From an uncultured Actinomycetes bacterium (GTDB taxonomy: Bacteria; Actinomycetota; UBA4738; HRBIN12), in NCBI GenBank assembly GCA_963727185.1, contig CAVSFP010000023.1:576581-640580 (forward strand): 64,000 nt of DNA, written 5' to 3'. Every line of letters starts with the position of its first letter. Position 1 is the stretch's first letter. Below the pieces are notes generated by a model. The model made no database searches. It was given only the letters and a program-made list of their open reading frames with translations, and had not been told where the DNA came from. The position numbers and the translations under genes were made by a program. This document shows, piece by piece, positions 39,153 through 48,988 of this stretch.

Positions 39153-40253
39153 CTAGACCTTCTCCCGGTCTTTCCCGCCGAGCAAACCCGTCGGACGGAA
39201 GATCAGGACGAGCACCAGGATCAAGAACGTGATCACGTCCTTCAGCTGGAAGGAGGACGGAACATGGAAGCCGTCGAGGAGCAGGAACGGGGCTACCGAC
39301 GACAACACACCGATCATCAGGCCGCCGACGGCCGCCCCGGTCACGCTGCCGATCCCACCCAGAACCGCGGCGGTGAACGCGGTGATGCCTGGGACGAACC
39401 CCATCGTCGGCTGCACCGCTTGGAACGTGAGCCCCCAGAGGACCCCGGCGATGCCCGCGAACGCTCCCCCGATGATGAACGTCTGCACGATCGTTCGATC
39501 GACGTCGATCCCCATGAGGGATGCGATCTCACGATCCTCGGAGACCGCCCGCATCGATCGCCCCGCCTTGCTGCGCGAAACGAACAACGCCAGTGAAAGG
39601 ACACTGACGACCCCGATGACGATCGCGAGGATCTCCACCCTATCGACCTTGGCGCCGAAGATCGTCACGCTTCCCACGACGGTGCTCGGGACCGCATACC
39701 CCTTGTTCTCGGGTCCGAAGAACCCCTGGAACGAGTTCTGGAGGAACAGGGACGCACCGATAGCGGTGATCAAGGGCACGAGGCGGGGCGCGGTCCGCAG
39801 ACGCCTGTAGGCGACCCGCTCGAGCAAGAGCGCGATGGCGATCGAGGCCGCGGCGCCGACGATGAACAGGACCACGAGCGACGCCACGGGTTGTCGGTCC
39901 ATGAACCCGCTCACCTTCATCGCCCGTCCGACGAAGAACGAGATCATGGCTCCAGCCATGAACACCTCGCCGTGGGCGAAGTTGATCATCCGCAGGATGC
40001 CGTAGACGAGGCTGTATCCGAGGGCGATCAGCCCGTAGACCGAACCGAGGGCCACCCCGGCGATCAGCAGGTCGCGCCAGGTGGCGAGGTCGAGCCGCTC
40101 GGCACTCGGAAGGGTGAGCGTCCGGTACACACCGATGACGACCGTTCCTCCGACGATGACCAGCAGGCCGCCGAGGACGACCTTCCGGAGCGGGAAACGA
40201 TGGGCGATGCCGAGCTCGCGTCCCGCGCCGGTCGCTACGTCCTGATCAGCCAC
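39153..40253 (-). CDS. livH: branched-chain amino-acid ABC transporter permease
   Basis: ...LIALGYSLVYGILRMINFAHGEVFMAGAM... The stop abuts the livM start. Confidence 0.9.
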   Translation of the reverse strand: MADQDVATGAGRELGIAHRFPLRKVVLGGLLVIVGGTVVIGVYRTLTLPSAERLDLATWRDLLIAGVALGSVYGLIALGYSLVYGILRMINFAHGEVFMAGAMISFFVGRAMKVSGFMDRQPVASLVVLFIVGAAASIAIALLLERVAYRRLRTAPRLVPLITAIGASLFLQNSFQGFFGPENKGYAVPSTVVGSVTIFGAKVDRVEILAIVIGVVSVLSLALFVSRSKAGRSMRAVSEDREIASLMGIDVDRTIVQTFIIGGAFAGIAGVLWGLTFQAVQPTMGFVPGITAFTAAVLGGIGSVTGAAVGGLMIGVLSSVAPFLLLDGFHVPSSFQLKDVITFLILVLVLIFRPTGLLGGKDREKV

Positions 40254-40336
40254 GGCCCCTCACGTCTCGCTTCGAGCGGACGTGCCACGGGTGGGCGTCC
40301 CGCCCACCCGTGGCTTCCGTCGATCCGTCGGTGCCT

Positions 40337-41671
40337 CTAGCCGGAGACCTCCTGGAGGGTCTTCGTCTCGCTGAACACCGGCTTCGCGTTGGCGTCGACA
40401 GCCGGGAAGGCCGGCGCCTTGTAGATGCCGACCGTGGTCGCACCCGCACAGTCCCCGTATTGGTTGCACGTGATCGTGCCGGTGATCCCCTCGAATCCGC
40501 TGGTCGCGAAGATCGCGTCCTTCAGGGCGGTCCGCGGGATCGTGAGGGAGCCGTCAGCGTTCTTCACGGCGACCTTCGTGATGGCGGCGGCCAGCATGTT
40601 GAACGCGTCGTACGCCTGAGCGTGGTAGGCCGCCGTGGGGAGCGTCCCGACCAGCGTCTTGTACGCGGGGATGAACTGGTTGGAGTAGAAGTCCCCCTGT
40701 GTGAACGCGGAGAGGTCCGGCCCGGACGCATAGGTGCCGTTCACCGCGCTGCCCCCGGTCTTGATGTAGGTATCGGTCAAGCAGCCGTCAGACCCGATCA
40801 AGGCCGTATCCGCGAAACCCGAGATGGCCTTGGCCTGCTGGGCGATGAGCTCGCACGCCGGGTCGAAGTCCGGGTAGTACAGGACGTTCGGTCGCTGCTG
40901 GGCGATCTTGGTGAGCAACGCCTTGAAGTCGGTGTCGCTCGACTGGATCGACTCGGCAGACGTGATCGACCCGTTCTGGGCCGCGAAGTCCGTGCCGAAC
41001 ACCTCGGTGAGGGCCGTCGCGTACGGGCTCTCGTCGTGGATCGTCGCAGCCGTGGCGGCCTGCAGCTTCTGCACGACGAAGTCGGTCACGATCGCGGCCT
41101 GGATCTTGTCGTTGTACGCGGTCCGGAGATAGAACGGCTGGTGCGTGCCGGCCTCGGTCAGCGACGGGTTCGTGTTGGACGGCGAGATGAGCAGGATGCC
41201 CTTGTCGCTCAGGATCTTGTCCGCAACGCCGAGCGCGGAGCTCGAGCACGTCGTTCCGATGACCGCGACGATCGACGGGTCCGCAGCGAGCTTCGTGCCA
41301 CCCTGCTGGCCGCCGTCGGCGCTGCAACCGTCGTCTTCCTTCACGAGGCTGATGTCGTGGCCGAGCAGCTGCCCCGGGCCGCTGTCGAAGTTCCCGTTGA
41401 GGTACTCGATCGCGAGCTCGACGCCGGCGTTCGAGTCGTCACCCAACGATTTCGTCGGGCCGCTGATCGACAGCAGCGTGCCGATCTTGATCGGCGCGCC
41501 TGCCGCGACGGTCACGCAACCGAATTGATCCGCGTTACAGTCGACGGTCGATCCTGTGCTGCCCGAGCTTCCGGTCGAGCTCCCGCCGTTGTTGTTGTTG
41601 GAGCAGGCACTCGCTACGAGCGCGAACACGCCGCCGATGGCGAGCGTCACGAGCCACTTCCGACGCTTCAT
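40337..41671 (-). CDS. branched-chain amino-acid ABC transporter substrate-binding lipoprotein
   Basis: ATG 41671 follows GAGAGGGGGG. MKRRKWLVTLAIGGVFALVASACSNN lipobox, ...PIKIGTLLSISGPTKSLGDDSNAGVELAIEYLN... Confidence 0.9.
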   Translation of the reverse strand: MKRRKWLVTLAIGGVFALVASACSNNNNGGSSTGSSGSTGSTVDCNADQFGCVTVAAGAPIKIGTLLSISGPTKSLGDDSNAGVELAIEYLNGNFDSGPGQLLGHDISLVKEDDGCSADGGQQGGTKLAADPSIVAVIGTTCSSSALGVADKILSDKGILLISPSNTNPSLTEAGTHQPFYLRTAYNDKIQAAIVTDFVVQKLQAATAATIHDESPYATALTEVFGTDFAAQNGSITSAESIQSSDTDFKALLTKIAQQRPNVLYYPDFDPACELIAQQAKAISGFADTALIGSDGCLTDTYIKTGGSAVNGTYASGPDLSAFTQGDFYSNQFIPAYKTLVGTLPTAAYHAQAYDAFNMLAAAITKVAVKNADGSLTIPRTALKDAIFATSGFEGITGTITCNQYGDCAGATTVGIYKAPAFPAVDANAKPVFSETKTLQEVSG

Positions 41672-41793
41672 GGACCCCCCTCTCGTCTCACCCATGCAGA
41701 TGTGGGTGGTTGAGTACCACATCCGCCTCCCGAAGGCCAACCCTAAGAGGCTCGCCACCACTGCATACGCGCAGCGGTCGTGCGCGGGATGGA

Positions 41794-42567
41794 CTAGCCC
41801 ACCGGAAGCGCCGCACGGAAGCGGCCGACCAGGTCGAGGAAGCCCGCTTGGTCCCCGTCGACGAGCCGGGTCATGAGGGCGCTCCCGACGATCGCTCCAT
41901 CCGCATAGGCGCCCACCTGAGCGGCCTGTTCGGGGGTCCCCACACCCACCCCGAGCAGGAGCGGGAGGCCGGTGAGCGGACGGAGCCGCTCGACGAGCTC
42001 GCGGCCCGTATCCGCGATGGCGCCCTTGACCCCGGTGACGCCATACGTCGCCACGCAGTAGACGAACCCACGCGATGCCTCGGCGATCATCCTGAGGCGG
42101 TCGTCAGACGTGCCCGGCGCGGCGAGCTGGATCGACGCGACGTCGTGCGCCGCGCACGCCTTCATCCAGTCCCCTCCCTCGTCGACCGGGAGGTCGGGCA
42201 CGATGGTCCCGGCCACGCCGGCGTCCCGGGACTCGTCCAAGAACGCGTCGAACCCGTGCCGATAGACCGGGTTCACGTACGTCATGACGGCGACCGGAAC
42301 GTCCAGCGAAGCCTCGGCGATGACCCTGAGGATCTGCGACGGCTTGGCGCCCGCCTCGAGCGCCACGCGAGACGCCTCCTGGATCACGCCGCCGTCTATC
42401 ACCGGATCGGAGAACGGGATCCCCACCTCCACGGCATCGGCGCCTGCATCTTGCAGCGCCCGAAGCAGCGATGCGTCCACACCGGGGAACCCTCCCGTCA
42501 CGTACGGGACGAACGCCCGTCCGCCAGCGTCGCGACGTGCGCGGAGCGCTTTCTCGAGATCAGGCAT
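41794..42567 (-). CDS. trpA: tryptophan synthase alpha chain
   Basis: [29 protein letters not shown]...[18 protein letters not shown]. 8-nt overlap with trpB. Confidence 0.95.
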   Translation of the reverse strand: MPDLEKALRARRDAGGRAFVPYVTGGFPGVDASLLRALQDAGADAVEVGIPFSDPVIDGGVIQEASRVALEAGAKPSQILRVIAEASLDVPVAVMTYVNPVYRHGFDAFLDESRDAGVAGTIVPDLPVDEGGDWMKACAAHDVASIQLAAPGTSDDRLRMIAEASRGFVYCVATYGVTGVKGAIADTGRELVERLRPLTGLPLLLGVGVGTPEQAAQVGAYADGAIVGSALMTRLVDGDQAGFLDLVGRFRAALPVG

Positions 42568-43771
42568 CCGCCACTCCCAGCGCCGAGCGAACGGTGTCGA
42601 GATCCTTGTCGCCCCGACCGGAGAGGCAAACGAGCACCCTCGATCCTTTCGGGAGCGGTCTGGTGAGCAACCACCCGATGACGTGCGACGGTTCGAGCGC
42701 GGGGAGGATGCCCTCGTTCCTCGCCAGCGCCTGGAACCCCTCGAGGGCCTGGACATCGGTAGCGGAGACGTACTCGGCGAGCCCGGCATCCTGGAGGTAC
42801 GCGTGCTCGGGGCCAACGCCCGGATAGTCCAGGCCGGCAGAGATCGAGTGCGTGTCGGCGACCTGCCCCTCGGCGTCCTGGAGCAGGTAGCTGAGCGCGC
42901 CGTGCAGGATCCCCGGTTGTCCCTGCGTGATCGAGGAACAATGTTCTCCGAGCTGTGAGCCGAGTCCCCCGGCCTCGACCCCGATCAACCGGACCCCCGG
43001 TGCGCCGACGAAGGCGGTGAACATCCCGATCGCGTTGCTGCCGCCGCCCACGCACGCCACCACGACGTCGGGGTCACCGCCCAGCCGGTCGGCGTATTGC
43101 GCTCGAGCCTCGTCGCCGATCACCCGCTGCAGGTCTCGAACGAACACGGGGAACGGATGGGGACCGACGACCGAGCCGATGATGTAGTGCGTGTTGCGCA
43201 CGCTCGCGGCCCAATCGCGCAGCGCCTCGTTCACTGCCTCCTTGAGCGTGCGGGTGCCGGCCATGACGGGGACGACCTCGGCGCCCAGGAGCTTCATGCG
43301 CGCGACGTTCGGTGCCTGCCGGTGGGTGTCGACCTCGCCCATGTACACGACGCACGGCAGGCCGAGCAACGCGCTGGCCGTGGCCGCCGCGACACCGTGT
43401 TGTCCGGCGCCGGTCTCCGCGATGATGCGCTCCTTGCCCAACCGCTTCGCGACCAGCGCCTGCCCGAGCGCGTTGTTGATCTTGTGGGCGCCGGTGTGCG
43501 CCAGATCCTCGCGCTTCAGCCAGATCTCGTACCCGAGCTCCTCGGAGAGGCGGCGTGCGTGCGTGATGGGGGTCGGCCGCCCGACGAAATCCCGCAGGAG
43601 ATCTCCGAACTCCGTCCGGAAGCCGGGATCGTCTCTGAGCTCCGACCACGCCGCAGCGAGCTCGTCGAGGGCCGGGATCAGCACCTCGGGGACGTAGCGT
43701 CCGCCGTAGGTCCCGAACCGGCCGCGTTCGTCGGGAACGGACGGGGTCGTCCGCTCGGCCACCGCGCTCAT
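42560..43771 (-). CDS. trpB: tryptophan synthase beta chain
   Basis: ...[22 protein letters not shown]...[17 protein letters not shown]... Confidence 0.97.
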   Translation of the reverse strand: MSAVAERTTPSVPDERGRFGTYGGRYVPEVLIPALDELAAAWSELRDDPGFRTEFGDLLRDFVGRPTPITHARRLSEELGYEIWLKREDLAHTGAHKINNALGQALVAKRLGKERIIAETGAGQHGVAAATASALLGLPCVVYMGEVDTHRQAPNVARMKLLGAEVVPVMAGTRTLKEAVNEALRDWAASVRNTHYIIGSVVGPHPFPVFVRDLQRVIGDEARAQYADRLGGDPDVVVACVGGGSNAIGMFTAFVGAPGVRLIGVEAGGLGSQLGEHCSSITQGQPGILHGALSYLLQDAEGQVADTHSISAGLDYPGVGPEHAYLQDAGLAEYVSATDVQALEGFQALARNEGILPALEPSHVIGWLLTRPLPKGSRVLVCLSGRGDKDLDTVRSALGVADA

Positions 43772-43773
43772 CG

Positions 43774-44553
43774 TCAGCTCTCCTTTCCCAACAGCTCCCG
43801 GAGCTTGACCCCGGGGTCGTCGGCGCGCATCAGCGCTTCGCCGACAAGGATGGCAGACGCACCCGCATCCACGGCCGCCCGAACGTGATCCCGTGTCGCG
43901 ATCCCGCTCTCCATCGCGGACAGCCGCCCGGTGGGTATGCGGTGCAGTTGCACCAGCGCCCGATGCACGTCGACGTCGAGCGTCTCCAGATCGCGGGCGT
44001 TCACCCCCACCACCTCCGCATCCGTCGCCAATGCCTTGTCGAGGTCTTCATCCGAGTGGGTCTCGACGAGCGCGCCTAGGCCGAGGTCGCGGGCGGCGGC
44101 CAGCATGGCGACGAGCTCGTTGGCCGACAGACATGCGGCGATCAGCAGCACGGCGTCGGCCCCGGCCGCGCGCGACTCGATCAGTTCCGCGGGGTGGATC
44201 AGGAAGTCCTTGCGAAGCACCGGGAGGTCGCACGCCATCCGTGCGGCGCGCAGATCCGCGAGCGAGCCGTGGAAATGCGCCGGTTCGGTGAGCACCGAGA
44301 TCGCAGCCGCTCCGGCGGAGGCGTACGCCCGAGCCTGCTCACCGGGGTCGCGATCGGCGATCGCTCCCGCGGACGGCGACGCTCGTTTGACCTCGGCGAT
44401 AACGGCGGGATCGCCGGCTCGGACGCGGAGCGCCCCGACGAAGTCCCGAGCGGGGGGCATGGCCAACGCGCGCGTCAACAACGTCGAATCGTCGAGCGGA
44501 TGCCGTTCGAGCTCGCGCCGCCGCTCGGCGACCAGGTCGGTGAGGAAGCCCAT
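43774..44553 (-). CDS. trpC: indole-3-glycerol-phosphate synthase
   Basis: ...[15 protein letters not shown]...[15 protein letters not shown]...[15 protein letters not shown] at 44563-44568 lies 9 nt upstream of the ATG. Confidence 0.95.
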   Translation of the reverse strand: MGFLTDLVAERRRELERHPLDDSTLLTRALAMPPARDFVGALRVRAGDPAVIAEVKRASPSAGAIADRDPGEQARAYASAGAAAISVLTEPAHFHGSLADLRAARMACDLPVLRKDFLIHPAELIESRAAGADAVLLIAACLSANELVAMLAAARDLGLGALVETHSDEDLDKALATDAEVVGVNARDLETLDVDVHRALVQLHRIPTGRLSAMESGIATRDHVRAAVDAGASAILVGEALMRADDPGVKLRELLGKES

Positions 44554-44603
44554 GGGTGCCCGAGTCTAGTGGCCGCCCCCGAGCCGTCGGCCCGGGCGAT
44601 GGG

Positions 44604-45314
44604 TCATCCGACGGACGCGATCGCGCGTTCCAGGTCGAGCCGGCCCTCGAGCGCCGCCCGGCCGACGATCGCGCCTTCCGCCCCGGCGTCCCTCACGGCC
44701 ACGAGGTCGTCGATCGAGCCGATGCCGCCGGCCACGATGGAGGCAAGCCCGAGCCGCATGGAGATCGCGAGCGCTCCGACGTCGGGCCCGGTCATGGTCG
44801 ACACACGCCGCACGGAGGTGATCACGATCCGCGCTGCGCCCGCCTCGTGGACCGCCGACAAGGTTTCGGCGAGCGGGAGGTCCGTCGTTCGCCAACCGCG
44901 CGCCCTGATGCGGTTGCGATCGACCTCGATCCCGATGACCAGCCGTTCGCCGTACCGTTCGATCAATCGTCGGGTCTCGTCCAGGTCGTTGAGCGCCGCG
45001 GACCCGAGGACGACCCGTCGGGCTCCCGCCTCGATGAGGGCGACGATCTGGCGGTCCTCGACGATCGCCCCCGCCGCCTGCACCCCTTCGCCGAGCTCTA
45101 CGATCGCGCGGAGCGCGTCCAGGTTCCGCGGCTCGCCGGTGAACGCGAGATCCAGGTCCACCACATGCAACAGACGAGCCCCCGCTACCAGGCACGCGCG
45201 CGCCGCCGCGATCGGATCGCCGCCGTGCGCCTCGAGCGGAACCGTGCCCTCAGCGGAGAGGCGTGCCAGCCGTCCACCGGCGATGTCGATCGCAGGGATC
45301 ACCTCGAACGCCAC
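44604..45314 (-). CDS. hisA: HisA-fold (beta/alpha)8 isomerase, divergent HisA/PriA-like
   Basis: MAFEVIPAIDIAGGRLARL...LLHVVDLDLAF...VIGIEVD...IVAGGIGSIDDL...GAIVGRAALEG. TAGGGT at 45321-45326 lies 6 nt upstream of the GTG (leaderless). Confidence 0.8.
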   Translation of the reverse strand: MAFEVIPAIDIAGGRLARLSAEGTVPLEAHGGDPIAAARACLVAGARLLHVVDLDLAFTGEPRNLDALRAIVELGEGVQAAGAIVEDRQIVALIEAGARRVVLGSAALNDLDETRRLIERYGERLVIGIEVDRNRIRARGWRTTDLPLAETLSAVHEAGAARIVITSVRRVSTMTGPDVGALAISMRLGLASIVAGGIGSIDDLVAVRDAGAEGAIVGRAALEGRLDLERAIASVG

Positions 45315-45339
45315 GTCCGAACCCTACCGGCCGACGATG

Positions 45340-48300
45340 TCAGGCGAGGTCGTCGTGTCCGATGCGCGCTGCGCCGACGCCGAGGAGCGAATGCAGCTCG
45401 CCGATGAGCGGCCCCGACGGATCGACGCGGACGCTGCCGACCTCGACGGGCGTGACGCCGTTCTGCGATCGGAACCGGACCTGCACCTGCGCGCTGCCCG
45501 GGTGGGATTCTAGGAGCTCCTTCACCTTCGCGAGGACGGCCGGCGTGCACGCGGCGGCCGGCAGATCGACCTCGAGGTGACCCAGCGGCGGGCTCGGTAC
45601 CCCCGCTCCCAGGTTGGGCTCGCGGATCTCGGTCGCGCGGATCTGCAGCTCGCGGCCGCGCAGGTCGATCCGGCCGCTGACCAGAACGATGCGGTCGGGC
45701 TCGATCAAGCCGGGCACGGCCTCGTAGATCGACGGGAACGCGATCACCTGCGCGCCGCCGGCCAGCCCTTCCAGCCTGAACTGCGCGTAGGGCTCGCTCC
45801 GCTTCGTGTACTTGCGTTGGACGCCGCCGATGATCCCCCCGATCGTCACGAGGTCGCCGTCGCCGAGCGTCTCGAGGTCGCCCATCTCGTGCGTGGTCTG
45901 TGCCGCCAGCAGTTCCTGCACTCCGAGCAAGGGGTGATCGGTGACGAACTGCCCCAACACCTCTTTCTCCTCGCGCAGCAGCGTGCGTTTGTCGAACTCC
46001 TCGCCGTCGAGCACCGACTCGTCCACCTCGGTGACGCCCGAGTCGCCGCCGAACAGGGAGAACTGGCCGGCAGCCTCCGCCTTGCGTTCGGCGAGGATCG
46101 GCCCAGATACCTTGTCCTGGTTCTCGATCAGCGCACGACGGGCATACCCGAGCGAGTCGAACGCTCCCGCGAAGATCAAGCTCTCCAAGACGCGCTTGGT
46201 GAGCACCGACGGCTCCACCTTGCGGCAGAAGTCCCCGAAGGACGTGAACGCGCCCTTCCCCCGTCGGGCGTCGATGATCTGTCCGACGGCCCCCTCCCCC
46301 ACGTTTCGCACGGCCGACAACCCGTAGCGGATAGCACCTTCGGCTCCCGTTGCGGGAGCGAAATCGTTCTCGGACCCGTTGACGTCGGGCGGCAGCACCT
46401 CGATGCCCATGAGCCGGCAGGCGTTCAGGTAGAACGGCTTGCGATCCTTGTCGTCCTTGACGCTCGTGAGCATCGCCGACATGAACTCGACGGGGTGGTG
46501 GGCCTTCAGGTAGGCGGTCTGGTACGCGACGTAGCCATACGCGCACGCGTGCGCGGCCGGGAACCCGTAGTCGGCGAACGGCTCGATGAGGTCGAACAGC
46601 TCCTTGGCCAGTCGGTCCGGGTGACCGGCCGCGAGACACCCCGCAAGGAACTTCTCGCGCTCCGCGCCGATCAGCTCGCGCTTCTTCTTCGCCATGACGC
46701 GTCGTAGATCGTCGGCCTGTCCCATGGAGTAGCCGGCCGCCCGCACGGCGATCTGCATGATCTGCTCCTGGTACACCATGACGCCGTACGTCGTGGAGAG
46801 GATCTCCTCCAGGTCCGGGTGCGGGTACGTGACCTTGCGGCGTGCGTGCTTGCGCTCGGCGTACTCTGTGTGCATCCCCTGGTTCAACGGCCCCGGCCGG
46901 TAGAGCGCAACCAACGCCATCATGTCCTCGAAGCGATCGGGCGCGAGCGTCTTGATCAATGAGCGCATCCCCGCCGACTCCATCTGGAACACCCCGGTCG
47001 TGTCCGCGTTCTGGAGCATCTGGTACGTCGCGGCGTCGTCCAGCGGGACGTGATCGATGTCCAGCTCGATCCCGCGGGCGCGGAGATGGCGGAGCGTGTC
47101 ATCGATCACGGAGAGCGTGCGCAGTCCGAGGAAGTCCATCTTGAGCAGTCCCAGCGCCTCGACCCCGACCATGTCGAACTGGGTTACGACGCGCTTCGAA
47201 TCGTCGCGGGAATCCTTGGAGAGCTTGAGCGGCAGGTAGTTCACGAGCGGCGCATCACCGATCACGACGCCGGCCGCGTGCACCGAGTCCTCGCGGCGCA
47301 GACCCTCGAGCGCGCGCGCCGTATCGACGATCTCCTTCGCCTCGGGCTCCTTCTCGTACGCCTCCCGGAACTCCGGCGATTCCTTGAGCGCGTCCTCGAT
47401 GGGGAAGTCCCGGCCCATCACCGTCGCCGGATACATCTTGCAGAGGCGGTCGCCGACGACCGGCGGGAATCCCAGCACGCGCGCCGCGTCGCGGATGCCC
47501 TGCTTCCCCTTGATGGTCTGGAACGTGATGATCTGCGCGACGTGGTCGGAACCGTACCGCTCCGTCGCGTAACGGATCACCTCGTCCCGGCGACGCTCGT
47601 CGAAGTCCATGTCGATGTCGGGCATCGATCGCCGGGCGGGGTTCAGGAACCGCTCGAAGATCAATCCGTACCGCAGCGGATCCAGGTCGGTGATCTTCAG
47701 GCAGTACGACACGACCGACCCGGCAGCCGAGCCCCGCCCCGGACCTACGCGGATCCCGCTCTCTCGCGCGAACCGGATCAGGTCCCAGACGATCAAGAAG
47801 TACCCCGCGAACCCCATCTGGGTGATGACGGCGAGCTCGTCGTCGATGCGGCCGCGGATGTCCTCGGTGAGCGTGGGGTACCGCGCCGGAGCGCCCGCGT
47901 ACACGAGCTCGCGGAGGTATCCCTCGAGGTCCCTCCCGTCCGGTGTCTCGAACCGCGGCAGGTGGAACCGCTGCTCGGCCGGAGCGCGGTCCCCGTACAC
48001 CAGGTCGAGCTCCACCCGTTCCGCGATGAGGAGCGTGTTGTCGCAGGCCTCCGGCAGCTCGTGGAAGACGCGCCGCATCTCCTGCGGGCTCTTCAGGTAG
48101 AACTCCTCCGAGTCGAACTTGAGCCGCTTCGGGTCGCTCTGGAGCTTCTGCTGCTGGATGCAGAGCAGCACGTCGTGCGGCTTGGCGTCGTCCTTCACCG
48201 TGTAGTGGAGGTCGTTCGTCGCGACGAGCGGGATGCCAAGGGATCGAGCGAGCGCCACTTGTTTCGGGAGCACGCGGCGTTGATCGGGGATGCCGTGATC

Positions 48301-48867
48301 CTGGAGCTCCATGAAGAACCGGTCGGGACCGAAGATGTCGCGATAGTGCCCAGCGGCCTCCTCGGCTCGGCGATCCTGCCCGGCGAGCAGCATCGTCGAC
48401 AGCTCGCTCGACAGACAGCCCGACAAGCACACGACGCCCTCCGCGTGCTCGGCGAGGAGCTCCTTGTCCATCCTGGGCCGGTGGTAGAACCCTTCGAGGT
48501 AGGCGGCGGACACGAGCTTCAGGAGGTTGCGGTATCCGGTCTCGTTCTCGGCGAGCAGGGTCAGGTGGTGGTACTTCTCCTCGTTCTCTCCCGGGTTCCG
48601 TTCGAACCGGGATCCCGGCGCGACGTACGCCTCGACGCCGATGATCGGCTTGATGCCCGCGGCGCGCCCGGCCTCGAAGAAGCGGAGCGCGCCGAACATG
48701 GCTCCGTGGTCCGTCACGGCCACTGCCGACATGCCGTGACGCGCGGCCTCGGTGAAGATCGTGGGCGCCTCGGGGTGGAACTTCGGCGCCTCGATGCGGG
48801 CGGCGCCGTCGAGCAGCGAGTACTCGGAGTGAACGTGGAGGTGGACGAAGCTCGGCTCGGCGGTCAT
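45340..48867 (-). CDS. dnaE: DNA polymerase III alpha subunit
   Basis: MTAEPSFVHLHVHSEYSLLDGAARI (PHP domain), 1175 aa, intact. Confidence 0.97.
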   Translation of the reverse strand: MTAEPSFVHLHVHSEYSLLDGAARIEAPKFHPEAPTIFTEAARHGMSAVAVTDHGAMFGALRFFEAGRAAGIKPIIGVEAYVAPGSRFERNPGENEEKYHHLTLLAENETGYRNLLKLVSAAYLEGFYHRPRMDKELLAEHAEGVVCLSGCLSSELSTMLLAGQDRRAEEAAGHYRDIFGPDRFFMELQDHGIPDQRRVLPKQVALARSLGIPLVATNDLHYTVKDDAKPHDVLLCIQQQKLQSDPKRLKFDSEEFYLKSPQEMRRVFHELPEACDNTLLIAERVELDLVYGDRAPAEQRFHLPRFETPDGRDLEGYLRELVYAGAPARYPTLTEDIRGRIDDELAVITQMGFAGYFLIVWDLIRFARESGIRVGPGRGSAAGSVVSYCLKITDLDPLRYGLIFERFLNPARRSMPDIDMDFDERRRDEVIRYATERYGSDHVAQIITFQTIKGKQGIRDAARVLGFPPVVGDRLCKMYPATVMGRDFPIEDALKESPEFREAYEKEPEAKEIVDTARALEGLRREDSVHAAGVVIGDAPLVNYLPLKLSKDSRDDSKRVVTQFDMVGVEALGLLKMDFLGLRTLSVIDDTLRHLRARGIELDIDHVPLDDAATYQMLQNADTTGVFQMESAGMRSLIKTLAPDRFEDMMALVALYRPGPLNQGMHTEYAERKHARRKVTYPHPDLEEILSTTYGVMVYQEQIMQIAVRAAGYSMGQADDLRRVMAKKKRELIGAEREKFLAGCLAAGHPDRLAKELFDLIEPFADYGFPAAHACAYGYVAYQTAYLKAHHPVEFMSAMLTSVKDDKDRKPFYLNACRLMGIEVLPPDVNGSENDFAPATGAEGAIRYGLSAVRNVGEGAVGQIIDARRGKGAFTSFGDFCRKVEPSVLTKRVLESLIFAGAFDSLGYARRALIENQDKVSGPILAERKAEAAGQFSLFGGDSGVTEVDESVLDGEEFDKRTLLREEKEVLGQFVTDHPLLGVQELLAAQTTHEMGDLETLGDGDLVTIGGIIGGVQRKYTKRSEPYAQFRLEGLAGGAQVIAFPSIYEAVPGLIEPDRIVLVSGRIDLRGRELQIRATEIREPNLGAGVPSPPLGHLEVDLPAAACTPAVLAKVKELLESHPGSAQVQVRFRSQNGVTPVEVGSVRVDPSGPLIGELHSLLGVGAARIGHDDLA

Positions 48868-48895
48868 CGGCGCTGGTCAGGCCTCCTACAGCGAG

Positions 48896-48928
48896 TTATC
48901 CACAGACCGTCCGGCGGGATGTGGATAA
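48896..48928. promoter_or_regulatory. inverted pair of perfect DnaA-box consensus 9-mers TTATCCACA-N15-TGTGGATAA in the dnaE leader
   Basis: Read directly: gagTTATCCACAgaccgtccggcgggaTGTGGATAAactt, 29-61 nt upstream of the dnaE ATG (48867). Confidence 0.6.
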
Positions 48929-48959
48929 ACTTACACCCGTGTGATTCCGCGGGAGCCTC

Positions 48960-48988
48960 AAGGTACGCCCGCCCCCTGGGGCCGTCAA
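48960..48988 (-). promoter_or_regulatory. candidate dnaE promoter TTGACG-N17-TACCTT
   Basis: Minus-strand read: TTGACG GCCCCAGGGGGCGGGCG TACCTT. It overlaps the rluD stop. Confidence 0.4.

Noticed and set aside
41672-41793. Alternative hairpins (GATGTGG...CCACATC versus GTGG...CCAC) upstream of the Liv-type binding-protein gene, as a possible attenuator or riboswitch.
   Set aside because: The stems are short and there is no leader peptide or recognisable riboswitch core, so I could not support it beyond generic structure.
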